From positions 1 to 53,930 of the forward strand of contig CAYMNI010000001.1 in NCBI GenBank assembly GCA_964391755.1: 53,930 nt of DNA. The letters are read 5' to 3'. Source of the stretch: an uncultured Ignavibacteria bacterium. Lineage in GTDB: Bacteria; Zixibacteria; MSB-5A5; SM1-73. Position 1 is the first letter of the stretch, and every line of letters begins with the position of its first letter. The notes under the pieces were generated by a model. That model worked only from the letters and a program-made list of their open reading frames with translations. It made no database searches and was not told where the DNA came from. A program made the translations under genes and the position numbers. This document shows positions 43,197-51,689 of this stretch, piece by piece.

Positions 43197-45896
43197 TTGA
43201 ATACCAAAAACGATCTGCTTCAGCCAAGACTGCGGCTTGCAAAGGCAGCTGTCATAGCCGGTCTGCTGGTGCTTGTGGCAGGCCAACTCGGCTGGGCCGG
43301 TACTGCCGGGAAGATCGCCGGGGTCATAAAGGATTCGGAGAGCGGAGTAGCCTTGCCCGGCGCAAGCGTGATCATACAGGGAACCAGTATCGGCACTTCC
43401 ACCGACGAGGATGGGGAATACTTCATTCTGAATGTGCCGGTGGGAACCTACACCGTGAAAGCCTCACTTATAGGCTATCAGACCGTTATGCAGACACGGG
43501 TAACGGTTCTTCTGGATCTGACCACTCCCTTGGATTTCGCATTGAGCTCCACGCCGGTGGAACTGCGCGACGGCGTCACCGTGGTGGCCACGCGTCCTCT
43601 CATTCAAAAAGACCTGACCTCTTCCACCAATATGGTGATAAGGGAACAGCTGGACAATCTCCCCAATGCCGTAGGAATTCAAGAGGTCATATCCAATATG
43701 GCCGGAACCGTAGTTGACGATGAGGGTGTGCTCCACGTGCGCGGCGGACGCAACGCCACGGTAAGCTACTTCTTGGACGACATCTACGTTCAGGACCCGC
43801 TTGTGGGTTATGCGGGAACCCGGATATCTCCGGAAGCTCTGGAGGAACTGAACCTGACCACCGGAGGATTCACGGCCGAATATGGAGAGGCTCTCTCGGG
43901 TGTGGTCAGCGCCATCACCAAAGAAGGAGGCTCCTCCTTTTCCGGAAAGATCAAAGCGTACGATGGTTTGGTTCATTCCTACGACGTTCAGACCGGCCAA
44001 TACGGAGACCTGCAGAGGAACAACAACCATTCTCTGATATTCAACTTGGGGGGACCTCTGACCTTGAGAAGAAACGACAAGGCCACCTTCTTCTTCTCGG
44101 GGGAGAAGATATGGAACGACGGTTATCTTCCCCATAACCAAAGGGAGATTACCACCGGGACCGGAAAAATCAGCCTACGACCGGTCAGCAACCTCAAGCT
44201 GGTTCTCAGCGGCAACTACTACAGCCGGGAACTTCTCAGGTACAGCCACCGGGACGTGAACAGCATCTCCTATGACTTCAATCTGGACGGATTGGGAAAA
44301 ATACGCAACAAATCTTATAGCCTGGGAGCCAAAATAACCTATCCCTCCTCCAGTAATACGTTCTATTCGATTAAGCTGAGCCACTTCTACACCGACTACA
44401 AGTTAGCCCCGGAGCATCTGTTTGATCTTTACTGGGACCAGTGGCCCGGCTATGAGGAAAACTCCGACGGCGTTTACGTGGGCACCATAGACGACGACAA
44501 CTACAACCCTGCGGAGGAATATTTCTACACCGGCTACACCATCGCACCCGACTACTACCCTCGATATCACTATCGCCGGTCCGAATACACCAGCCTGGGA
44601 TTCGACTTCATCAGCCAGGCCGACAAACATAACCAGATCAAGTTTGGCGGAGAGTACCGGGCAAATCGGCTGAGATGGGACGACAAGCAATTCTTCAACA
44701 CACGGCCATACGGGGAAAAGTACGAGGTGGATCCCAACTACGCTGCCGTCTACCTCCAGGATAAACTCGAGTTGAAGGAGATAATCGTCAACGGCGGAAT
44801 TCGTCTGGATTACCTGGATGCAGACGTCGACTACTGGGATGATCCGGTGACCAAGGAAAACTTAGTCCATACCGAATCCAAGATGCAGATCAGCCCCCGT
44901 CTGGGCATCTCGCATCCCATCTCCGATCGGACGGTGGTTCATTTCAGCTACGGTTATTACTTCCAGGTGCCGGCGTACCAATACATGTTCACCAATCTCC
45001 AGTCAGACCTCACCACCGGTTATCCCGTGGTGGGCAACCCGGACATGCAAGCGGAAAAGAGCATAGCCTACGAATTGGGCTTAAACCACGCTCTCACCAA
45101 CGACCTCACCATGAAACTGACCACCTATTACAAGGATTTGAACAATCTGGCCTCCACTCGGGAAGTGGTATATGCCGGCGGCTCCTATACCCAAATCATC
45201 AACGCCGACTACGGAACGGTAAAGGGAGTAGACGTGATATTGACCAAAAGGCCGACTCGGGGTAATCTATCCGGCACCTTCAACTACTCTTACATGATTG
45301 CCAAAGGAAACGCTTCCGACGTTTACGAAGGATACTACGACTACTTCACTCTGGGAACCACCGCTCCGGTGTGGCCGGTAAGAGAATATCCGTTGGACTT
45401 CGATCAGCGGCATACGTTCAGCATCGACTTGGACTACCGGGTGCCCCGGGACTGGAAAGGAAACCTCCTGGGCGTTCCGATTACGGGAGCGTGGGGATTG
45501 AACGTGTTGTCCAAATACGGCAGTGGCATGCCTTACACCAAAACCGACGATCAGGGAAACCGGGTGGGTGCTTTAAACGAGGGAAGAATGCCTGCCACCT
45601 ATCAGGTCGATCTCAAATTCAACAAGGATTTCTATCTTTTCGGGGATAAGGATCTTCACCTTTCCTTCTTCACCGAAGTGGTCAATCTGTTCGATCGGAG
45701 AAACGTCCTGAGGGTTTACTCCAACACCGGCAAACCGGACGATGACGGATATCACTATGAGCTGACGGCCGATCCGGATGGAGAAGGTCCGCTGACTGCT
45801 GAGGACGTCAACCGTTACTATCGTCTTCTGGCCAAAGATCCGGAGAACTATGATGCTCCTCGCACCTTACGCTGGGGAATCGAATTCGTCTTCTAA
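43197..45896 (+). CDS. TonB-dependent outer-membrane receptor with N-terminal carboxypeptidase-regulatory-like domain (SusC/Oar-like architecture)
   Basis: Track ORF starts at the ATG at 43140. A TTG at 43197 has AGAGGAGGG 7 nt upstream and yields a normal signal peptide (LNTKNDLLQPRLRLAKAAVIAGLLVLVAGQLGWA). Motifs: GKIAGVIKDSESGVALPGASVIIQG...GEYFILNVPVGTYTVKASLIGY, plug (VHVRGGR...), long barrel ending RTLRWGIEFVF. Confidence 0.85.
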   Translation: MNTKNDLLQPRLRLAKAAVIAGLLVLVAGQLGWAGTAGKIAGVIKDSESGVALPGASVIIQGTSIGTSTDEDGEYFILNVPVGTYTVKASLIGYQTVMQTRVTVLLDLTTPLDFALSSTPVELRDGVTVVATRPLIQKDLTSSTNMVIREQLDNLPNAVGIQEVISNMAGTVVDDEGVLHVRGGRNATVSYFLDDIYVQDPLVGYAGTRISPEALEELNLTTGGFTAEYGEALSGVVSAITKEGGSSFSGKIKAYDGLVHSYDVQTGQYGDLQRNNNHSLIFNLGGPLTLRRNDKATFFFSGEKIWNDGYLPHNQREITTGTGKISLRPVSNLKLVLSGNYYSRELLRYSHRDVNSISYDFNLDGLGKIRNKSYSLGAKITYPSSSNTFYSIKLSHFYTDYKLAPEHLFDLYWDQWPGYEENSDGVYVGTIDDDNYNPAEEYFYTGYTIAPDYYPRYHYRRSEYTSLGFDFISQADKHNQIKFGGEYRANRLRWDDKQFFNTRPYGEKYEVDPNYAAVYLQDKLELKEIIVNGGIRLDYLDADVDYWDDPVTKENLVHTESKMQISPRLGISHPISDRTVVHFSYGYYFQVPAYQYMFTNLQSDLTTGYPVVGNPDMQAEKSIAYELGLNHALTNDLTMKLTTYYKDLNNLASTREVVYAGGSYTQIINADYGTVKGVDVILTKRPTRGNLSGTFNYSYMIAKGNASDVYEGYYDYFTLGTTAPVWPVREYPLDFDQRHTFSIDLDYRVPRDWKGNLLGVPITGAWGLNVLSKYGSGMPYTKTDDQGNRVGALNEGRMPATYQVDLKFNKDFYLFGDKDLHLSFFTEVVNLFDRRNVLRVYSNTGKPDDDGYHYELTADPDGEGPLTAEDVNRYYRLLAKDPENYDAPRTLRWGIEFVF

Positions 45897-45916
45897 AAAG
45901 CCAAGGAGGTAACTAA

Positions 45917-48568
45917 ATGCTCGGAAGAAAAACCGTCCTTTTAGTGGGGGTTTTGCTCTTGCTCCCGTGGGCACAGAGTATTTCCAAAGATCATGCGAGC
46001 TTAGAACCCCCAACCAACGTTCAGGATCAGATCATCCACAACAAGGGCAACATCGCCACCACCGTCCAAAATTGGGGTTGGATCGGAGGACAGAGCCATC
46101 TGGGAAAGCCATCGGGCGAGTGGCCCAAAGGATCTGAGCGTAATTACTTAGCGGAGATCAAATACTGGATGGGAGCTACCAAGCCCAACGGAGATACGGT
46201 GGTGGCCAACACGGATGATGACTTCATGCCCCTGCCTTCCATCATCGGGGGCCAGGAGAGTTACAGAATCCACCTGTCCACGGATACTACCTCCTATGAT
46301 TATGACCCCTCCGACACCTTGGGGTTGGGCATCGGGAAGCCAGCTTACGGGTGGAGGGTATGGGACAGCCAGAGCGAACAATGGGTGTACAATCAGGTTT
46401 GGACCTTCGCCTCTGGCACGGTGGAGGCAGGACCCGTCTCCCTTCAGGAGAGCCACTACCGGTTCTCGGATGGCAATAGCGGCGCTGCGACTCTGGGCCT
46501 GGAGCTTGCCCAGACCATCTATCAATGGAACTACGACTACAATCAGGACTATTTCTTCGTGGTGCTGGAAATCAAGAACATCTCGGACGACGACTATTCG
46601 GATTTCGCCTTTGGACTTTATTGCGACTTCGACGTGGGAGGAATGGTCACCGGAACCTTCGAAAACGGCAGGTTGGGAGACTTAGTAGCGTTCGATTCCT
46701 CCCTGAACCTCGCCTGGACCTATGATGAGGACGGCTACGATGAGGGCTGGGGTCCTCTGGTCAAAACCGGGGTTATGGGAACCAAATACATCGAGACTCC
46801 CGATGATATCGGCATGACTGCCTTCCGAACCGGACAATGGGAGCAACTGCCGGCCGATGATGAGGGGAAATATCAGTTCATCAACAGCCAGCAGTTCGAC
46901 CAAAGCCTCCCCCCTACCGATCAGTATTACGTCCAGTGCACCCGAGGAATAGACCTGTCCGCAGGCAAAACCGTTCGTGTCGTCTTTGCCTTGATCGCCG
47001 GGTATGACGAGGAGGATCTGAAAGCTAATGCGGCCATGGCTCAGGCTGTTTACGACAACCATTTCATCGGACCCGAACCTCCCCAGCCGGCCAAACTCGT
47101 CGCCACTCCGGGGTACCAACGGATTAAGCTCACCTGGGATAACAGTTCGGAGTCTTCCGTGGATCCGCTTAGCGGCGAGGAGGATTTCAAAGGATACAAG
47201 ATCTATCGAAGCACCGATATGGGGGAAACCTGGGGTGATTTGGTGAGGAACTCAGACGGCAGCCTGGGGCCGGATTACGTGCCCATAGCCATGTTCCAGA
47301 GAGAGGATTCTGATGATATCCTTCCTCACACTTACGTAGACGACGGCCTTGTCAACGGGATAGAATACTGGTATTCGGTGGTCTCCTTCGACCAAGGCGA
47401 TACCTCCGTTCCCGTCGATCCCCTTCAGACGGCCTATGGCAGGCCGGGCGAGGACTACAACTGTGCCTTCTGTTATCCTCGGACCGATCCGGCCGGATAT
47501 GTTCCTCCCGATGCGACGGTCAAGCACAATTACTATGGATCCGAGGAGGAAAGCGACGGAGCGGTGGTTCCCACGGTATTTGACGAAAGTGCCTTAACCG
47601 ATCACGATTACAGGGTGGTTTTCGCCGAAGATCCGTTCGCCACCTATTGGCATATTGTCGATAACGTCACCGGCGACACGGTACTCGGGAACCAGACGGA
47701 TCAATCCGGGGATGCCGGAAACTACCCGGTGGTGGATGGTATGCAGGTAATCGTCACCAACGGAGAGAGAGAGCCGGCCGGTTACGGTCAGACTCAATTT
47801 GGCACCTCCAGCAGCAGCACGTTGCACATGGAGTATTTTTTGGGAAGTATGAACGAGCTCTTCGGCTTCCCCATGGGAGGCGACGTGCACTTCCGATGCA
47901 CCTATGAGTTCAGGTTCACCCAGGACGGATCTCAGGCTTACAGTTTCTTTGACGACATCACCCCGGTATGGGTACCCTTCGAGGTGTGGAACACCACCAC
48001 CAACCAGCAGGTGCTGGTGGAGGTTTATGACCAGGCACATAACGGAGTGTGGGACGTGCATCACTTAGATTACCTGGACATAGTCAACCTGCCCTACGAT
48101 GGGGAGCCGCATCCGGAAGCTTTTCCCTACTATCATTCCTGGTTCTTCGCCTTTTCCCCTACCGATACCGAATACTCCGTAGGAGACGTGTATCAAATCA
48201 AAGGCGCCAAGCTGAATGGGGCGGATGACGAGTTCGTGTTCCAGTCGGGAGGAGTGGATGCGGGGAAGGCCAAGGAAGAGCTGGGGGAGATTAAGGTGGT
48301 GCCCAATCCTTACATAGCATGTGCCGAGTGGGAGGTCACCGAAGGCATCAGAAAGATGCAGTTCACCCATCTTCCAGACCGGTGCACCATCAGAATCTAC
48401 ACCTTGGCCGGTGACCTGGTGAGGGCCATCCGGCATGACAACGGAACCGGAACCGAGGACTGGGACCTGCTGAACAAGAACCAGCAGGGAATCGTTCCCG
48501 GTGTGTATTTCTATCACGTGGACTCCGAGTACGGGCAGAAGCTGGGCAAGTTTGTAGTGATCAAATGA
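45917..48568 (+). CDS. Secreted 883-aa protein of unknown function with FN3-like module and T9SS type-A CTD
   Basis: AAGGAGG RBS. Signal peptide MLGRKTVLLVGVLLLLPWAQS. FN3-like PPQPAKLVATPGYQRIKLTWDN...FKGYKIYRSTDMGETW...NGIEYWYSVVSFD (nt ~47070-47400). CTD at the C-terminus. Confidence 0.75.
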   Translation: MLGRKTVLLVGVLLLLPWAQSISKDHASLEPPTNVQDQIIHNKGNIATTVQNWGWIGGQSHLGKPSGEWPKGSERNYLAEIKYWMGATKPNGDTVVANTDDDFMPLPSIIGGQESYRIHLSTDTTSYDYDPSDTLGLGIGKPAYGWRVWDSQSEQWVYNQVWTFASGTVEAGPVSLQESHYRFSDGNSGAATLGLELAQTIYQWNYDYNQDYFFVVLEIKNISDDDYSDFAFGLYCDFDVGGMVTGTFENGRLGDLVAFDSSLNLAWTYDEDGYDEGWGPLVKTGVMGTKYIETPDDIGMTAFRTGQWEQLPADDEGKYQFINSQQFDQSLPPTDQYYVQCTRGIDLSAGKTVRVVFALIAGYDEEDLKANAAMAQAVYDNHFIGPEPPQPAKLVATPGYQRIKLTWDNSSESSVDPLSGEEDFKGYKIYRSTDMGETWGDLVRNSDGSLGPDYVPIAMFQREDSDDILPHTYVDDGLVNGIEYWYSVVSFDQGDTSVPVDPLQTAYGRPGEDYNCAFCYPRTDPAGYVPPDATVKHNYYGSEEESDGAVVPTVFDESALTDHDYRVVFAEDPFATYWHIVDNVTGDTVLGNQTDQSGDAGNYPVVDGMQVIVTNGEREPAGYGQTQFGTSSSSTLHMEYFLGSMNELFGFPMGGDVHFRCTYEFRFTQDGSQAYSFFDDITPVWVPFEVWNTTTNQQVLVEVYDQAHNGVWDVHHLDYLDIVNLPYDGEPHPEAFPYYHSWFFAFSPTDTEYSVGDVYQIKGAKLNGADDEFVFQSGGVDAGKAKEELGEIKVVPNPYIACAEWEVTEGIRKMQFTHLPDRCTIRIYTLAGDLVRAIRHDNGTGTEDWDLLNKNQQGIVPGVYFYHVDSEYGQKLGKFVVIK
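48290..48568 (+). other. T9SS type-A C-terminal sorting domain of the 883-aa protein
   Basis: IKVVPNPYIACAEW...CTIRIYTLAGDLVRAIRHDNGTGTEDWDLLNKNQQGIVPGVYFYHVDSEYGQKLGKFVVIK. The motif order (NP[FY], I-x-I[YF]-x-x-x-G-x-LV, W-[DG]-x-x-N-x-x-G-x-x-V-x-[SP]GVY-x-Y, K-x-x-VI[KR]) is the same as in the CTD at 5015-5326. Confidence 0.7.
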
Positions 48569-48724
48569 TTCAATCAAACCGGCCAGCCGGATGGGCGACG
48601 CAGAAGGAAGAATATATGATGGGGTATTGTCAACAGTCTTCCGTGCGGCTTAACCCGGGAGATGAAAAACCGTGCTATGAGGAGACTTAAACAGCTGAAT
48701 CCTGCAAAAGAAGGGGGAGAAAAC

Positions 48725-49702
48725 ATGAAATCGAGGTCCTTTGGTCTGCTGCTCATCCTGCTGATCTTCTGTCTGACCAGCCCGGCCCGCTCCGGAGAGT
48801 TCTCGCGGGTGGGAACGGCTGGAGCACAATTCCTCAAGATCGGCATGGGAGCCAGATACGTAGCCATGGGGGAAGCGTCGGTCGCCTGCGTGAACGACGC
48901 TTATGCCATGTACTGGAATCCTGCAGCGCTGACCGAGATATCTTCCTCAAACCTGGTTCTCACCAACGTAGACTGGATTTCGGACGTTCAGCTCAACCAC
49001 GCCAGTTTTGGGAGATCGGTTGATGAGTACAGCGCACTGGGCATCAGCCTTACCGCCTTAACCATGGGAAACATGGAGGTAACCACGATAGAGGAGCCGG
49101 AGGGGACCGGAGAGACTTTTACCGCCTCCTCCTATGCCTTGGCCGTGGGATATGCCAGAAAGTTCACCGACAGGTTCTCCGCAGGGATAAGCGGAAAGTA
49201 CATTTGGGAGAGGCTCTCGGAGGAGACCGCCTCCGGTTTGGCTTTTGACTTCGGCACTCTGTTTCTGACCGGGTTCAGAAACTTGAGGATTGGAATGAAC
49301 ATCTCCAATCTGGGTCCGGAGATGAAACTGGAAGGACCGGAACTGAACTATTCCCATAATACCAAACTGCAGGTGGATCCATATGATCTTCCTCTGACTT
49401 TCAGGTTCGGGATGGCCTACGACTTCATCGACTCTCCGGAATCGAGATTCACCGTCACCGCGGAAGCAAAACACCCCAACGACAACGTCCAGCAGGCAAG
49501 TTTCGGTGGCGAATATCTGTGGAAGGATATTTTCTCTCTACGCGGAGGTTACAAGTTCAACTACGAGGAAGAGGGCTTGACCCTGGGGGGTGGAATGAAG
49601 CTCAAAACCGGAAAGGACACCAAGCTCGACATCAGCTATGCCTGGGCGGATTTCTCGCGTCTTTCCAGCGTGCATCGCTTCTCCTTGGGTTTCGAGTTCT
49701 GA
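48725..49702 (+). CDS. PorV/PorQ-family (FadL-like) outer-membrane beta-barrel
   Basis: Track ORF starts at 48662. The ATG at 48725 has GGGGGAG upstream and gives signal peptide MKSRSFGLLLILLIFCLTSPARS. Family N-terminal block VGTAGAQFLKIGMGARYVAMGEASVACVNDAYAMYWNPAALTEI. Ends ...HRFSLGFEF. Confidence 0.75.
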   Translation: MKSRSFGLLLILLIFCLTSPARSGEFSRVGTAGAQFLKIGMGARYVAMGEASVACVNDAYAMYWNPAALTEISSSNLVLTNVDWISDVQLNHASFGRSVDEYSALGISLTALTMGNMEVTTIEEPEGTGETFTASSYALAVGYARKFTDRFSAGISGKYIWERLSEETASGLAFDFGTLFLTGFRNLRIGMNISNLGPEMKLEGPELNYSHNTKLQVDPYDLPLTFRFGMAYDFIDSPESRFTVTAEAKHPNDNVQQASFGGEYLWKDIFSLRGGYKFNYEEEGLTLGGGMKLKTGKDTKLDISYAWADFSRLSSVHRFSLGFEF

Positions 49703-50030
49703 TCTGGGCAACTTCACTCGTAGGGCGGCGATGTCACAGTCGCTGCTCTCTATCGAACTAAGGGCCAAACCTAACCGCCAAGAAGGTCTGGCCATTAGGC
49801 AGGTACAGTTTTAAGTTCACCCGCTCAAAGTAACACTCTTCATATCTCTACTCCTCCCCGGCAGTTATTCCGGCCCCAGGCAGGGACCGGGTGACTCGCG
49901 CCGACCTTCAGTAAAACACCTGACATCAAAACTCTCCCTGACGGATGCCTCTATACCAAGCAGTACCATATGGGGTATTCCAAAAAGAAGGTTAAGGTTT
50001 TCCTTGGATGAGTCGATAAAACCATTGATC

Positions 50031-50063
50031 TTAACGTCCCCACATTTGATTAACGTCCCCACA
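50031..50063. repeat. Tandem direct repeat TTAACGTCCCCACA x2 (19-nt period), with a third TAACGTCC copy at ~50207-50214 just before the 50226 start
   Basis: Read directly from the sequence in the 523-nt non-coding gap upstream of the glycan cluster. Candidate operator for a direct-repeat-binding regulator. Confidence 0.6.
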
Positions 50064-50225
50064 ACTGCTACCCACAGACGACGGCAAACGCCTATTACGG
50101 CCTTGGCTGTAAAGGAAGTCTGAATCCGTATTCGCTGCCGTTTCCAGTCCGGTAGAGAAGCGGTAGACCTGTATCCCGATTCTCTCCTTCTGCCCAAGGC
50201 CCGATGTAACGTCCAACAACAGCAC

Positions 50226-51689
50226 TTGATGAGAAAAAGATCCTCCTACATAGCGGAAAAATCTGAAAATCCGTCAGGGGCATTCACCCTGAATTCCCTC
50301 CAAAAAGGCAGATCTAGGCCTCTGCGAGTGGGAATCCTGGGTGGAGGTCTCACCGGATTGACCATAGCCTATTGCCTAAAGAGAAAAACCCCCCGGCTGT
50401 TCCAGACCGAGATTCTGGAGAAGAATTCGGAGTGTGGTGGCCTGCTCAGAAGCATCCAGCAGGATGGCTTCACCTTCGATTATGGTGGCGCTCACATAAT
50501 CTACTCTCAAGATGACCAGGCCGTCGACTTCATGCTGAAGGTTCTGGGAGGAAACTACTTTGAGAAAAAGAGAGAAAATAAGATCTATTTTGAGGGCCAC
50601 TTCGTCAAGTACCCCTTCGAGAACGGACTTTCGGACCTTTCCCCAAAGGACAATTTCGAATGTCTGTACCATTACCTGAATGACCGCCGAGTGAAGCCCA
50701 AGAACTTCAGGGAGTGGATCTACGGCACCTTCGGCAAAGGAATCGCGCAGAAGTACCTGATCCCTTACAACCGGAAAATATGGAAGTATCCGCTGGAGAA
50801 GATGAGCCTTCACTGGGTGGAAGGAAGAGTCCCCCGACCACCCGCAGAGGATGTCATAAAATCCGCTCTGGGCATTCCCACCGAAGGTTACACTCATCAG
50901 CTGCATTTCTACTATCCCCGGCGGGGCGGCATTCAGGCCTTGATAAAGGGCATGGAAGGCAGCTTGTCCTCGGTACTTACTGGCTTTGAAGTAAAAAAGG
51001 TTTCAAAAGTTGACGGTGGCTGGACGGTCTCCGACGGTAACGTCAATCGAGAATACGATATCCTGATTTCCACCATCCCCATTTTTGACCTGGTTCGCGC
51101 GCTTAACCGAGTGCCCCCCAAGGTCACCGGGGCTCTGAAGGATTTGAAGTACAACTCGCTTATCACCGTGATGCTGGGGCTTAAGGGAAACCATCTTCCC
51201 AAGTATACTGCCGTCTATTTTCCTGAACCCGGCGTTAAGTTCAACCGGGTCGGCTTCCCGCATGTGTTCAGCGGCTACAACGCTCCGCCGGGAAAATCCT
51301 CGCTGGTTGCGGAGATAACTGCCAAAAGCAACGATTCAGTCTGGAAGACAAAAGACGAAGAGTTGTTGCGGGAGGTGGTAGGAAACCTTCACCAAAGGAA
51401 ACTGATCGACAAACGCTCGGTCTGCTTTGCCCATGTGAGGAGGAACAAATACGCTTATGTGATCTATGACCGGGACTACCAGAGAAACGTCCAGACCGTC
51501 CTGCGGTTTGTAAGCGGCCGGGGTATCTGGCTCTGCGGCAGGTTTTCGGAGTTCGAGTATCTCAACATGGATGCCTGCGTGAGCCGGGCCGTCAACTTGG
51601 CGGAGAGACTTACCAAATTATCCAAGACGGATTTCGCCTTTACCCAACACACCAGAAGGGGACCCAGTAATGAAAGAGAGTCTGATTGA
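50226..51689 (+). CDS. FAD-dependent oxidoreductase (amine-oxidase / UDP-galactopyranose-mutase / protoporphyrinogen-oxidase-like fold)
   Basis: 487 aa. Dinucleotide-binding RVGILGGGLTGLTIAY...EILEKNSECGGLLRS. The remainder is consistent with the COG1232-type flavoproteins common in glycan clusters. Substrate unknown. Confidence 0.6.
   Translation: MMRKRSSYIAEKSENPSGAFTLNSLQKGRSRPLRVGILGGGLTGLTIAYCLKRKTPRLFQTEILEKNSECGGLLRSIQQDGFTFDYGGAHIIYSQDDQAVDFMLKVLGGNYFEKKRENKIYFEGHFVKYPFENGLSDLSPKDNFECLYHYLNDRRVKPKNFREWIYGTFGKGIAQKYLIPYNRKIWKYPLEKMSLHWVEGRVPRPPAEDVIKSALGIPTEGYTHQLHFYYPRRGGIQALIKGMEGSLSSVLTGFEVKKVSKVDGGWTVSDGNVNREYDILISTIPIFDLVRALNRVPPKVTGALKDLKYNSLITVMLGLKGNHLPKYTAVYFPEPGVKFNRVGFPHVFSGYNAPPGKSSLVAEITAKSNDSVWKTKDEELLREVVGNLHQRKLIDKRSVCFAHVRRNKYAYVIYDRDYQRNVQTVLRFVSGRGIWLCGRFSEFEYLNMDACVSRAVNLAERLTKLSKTDFAFTQHTRRGPSNERESD

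Noticed and set aside
48725-49702. Assigning the barrel to the PorP/SprF family (the usual neighbour of type-B CTD cargo)
   Set aside because: The N-terminal block GTAGAQFLKIGMGARYVAMGEA...YWNPAAL fits the PorV/PorQ pattern, not the QQDPQFSQY-type start of PorP/SprF. The adjacent cargo also has a type-A-like CTD.
49865-50197. 110-aa minus-strand ORF in the gap before the glycan cluster
   Set aside because: It has no SD and an Arg-rich, low-information sequence. It spans the TAACGTCC direct repeats, which look regulatory. I treat the region as non-coding, though a small gene cannot be formally excluded.
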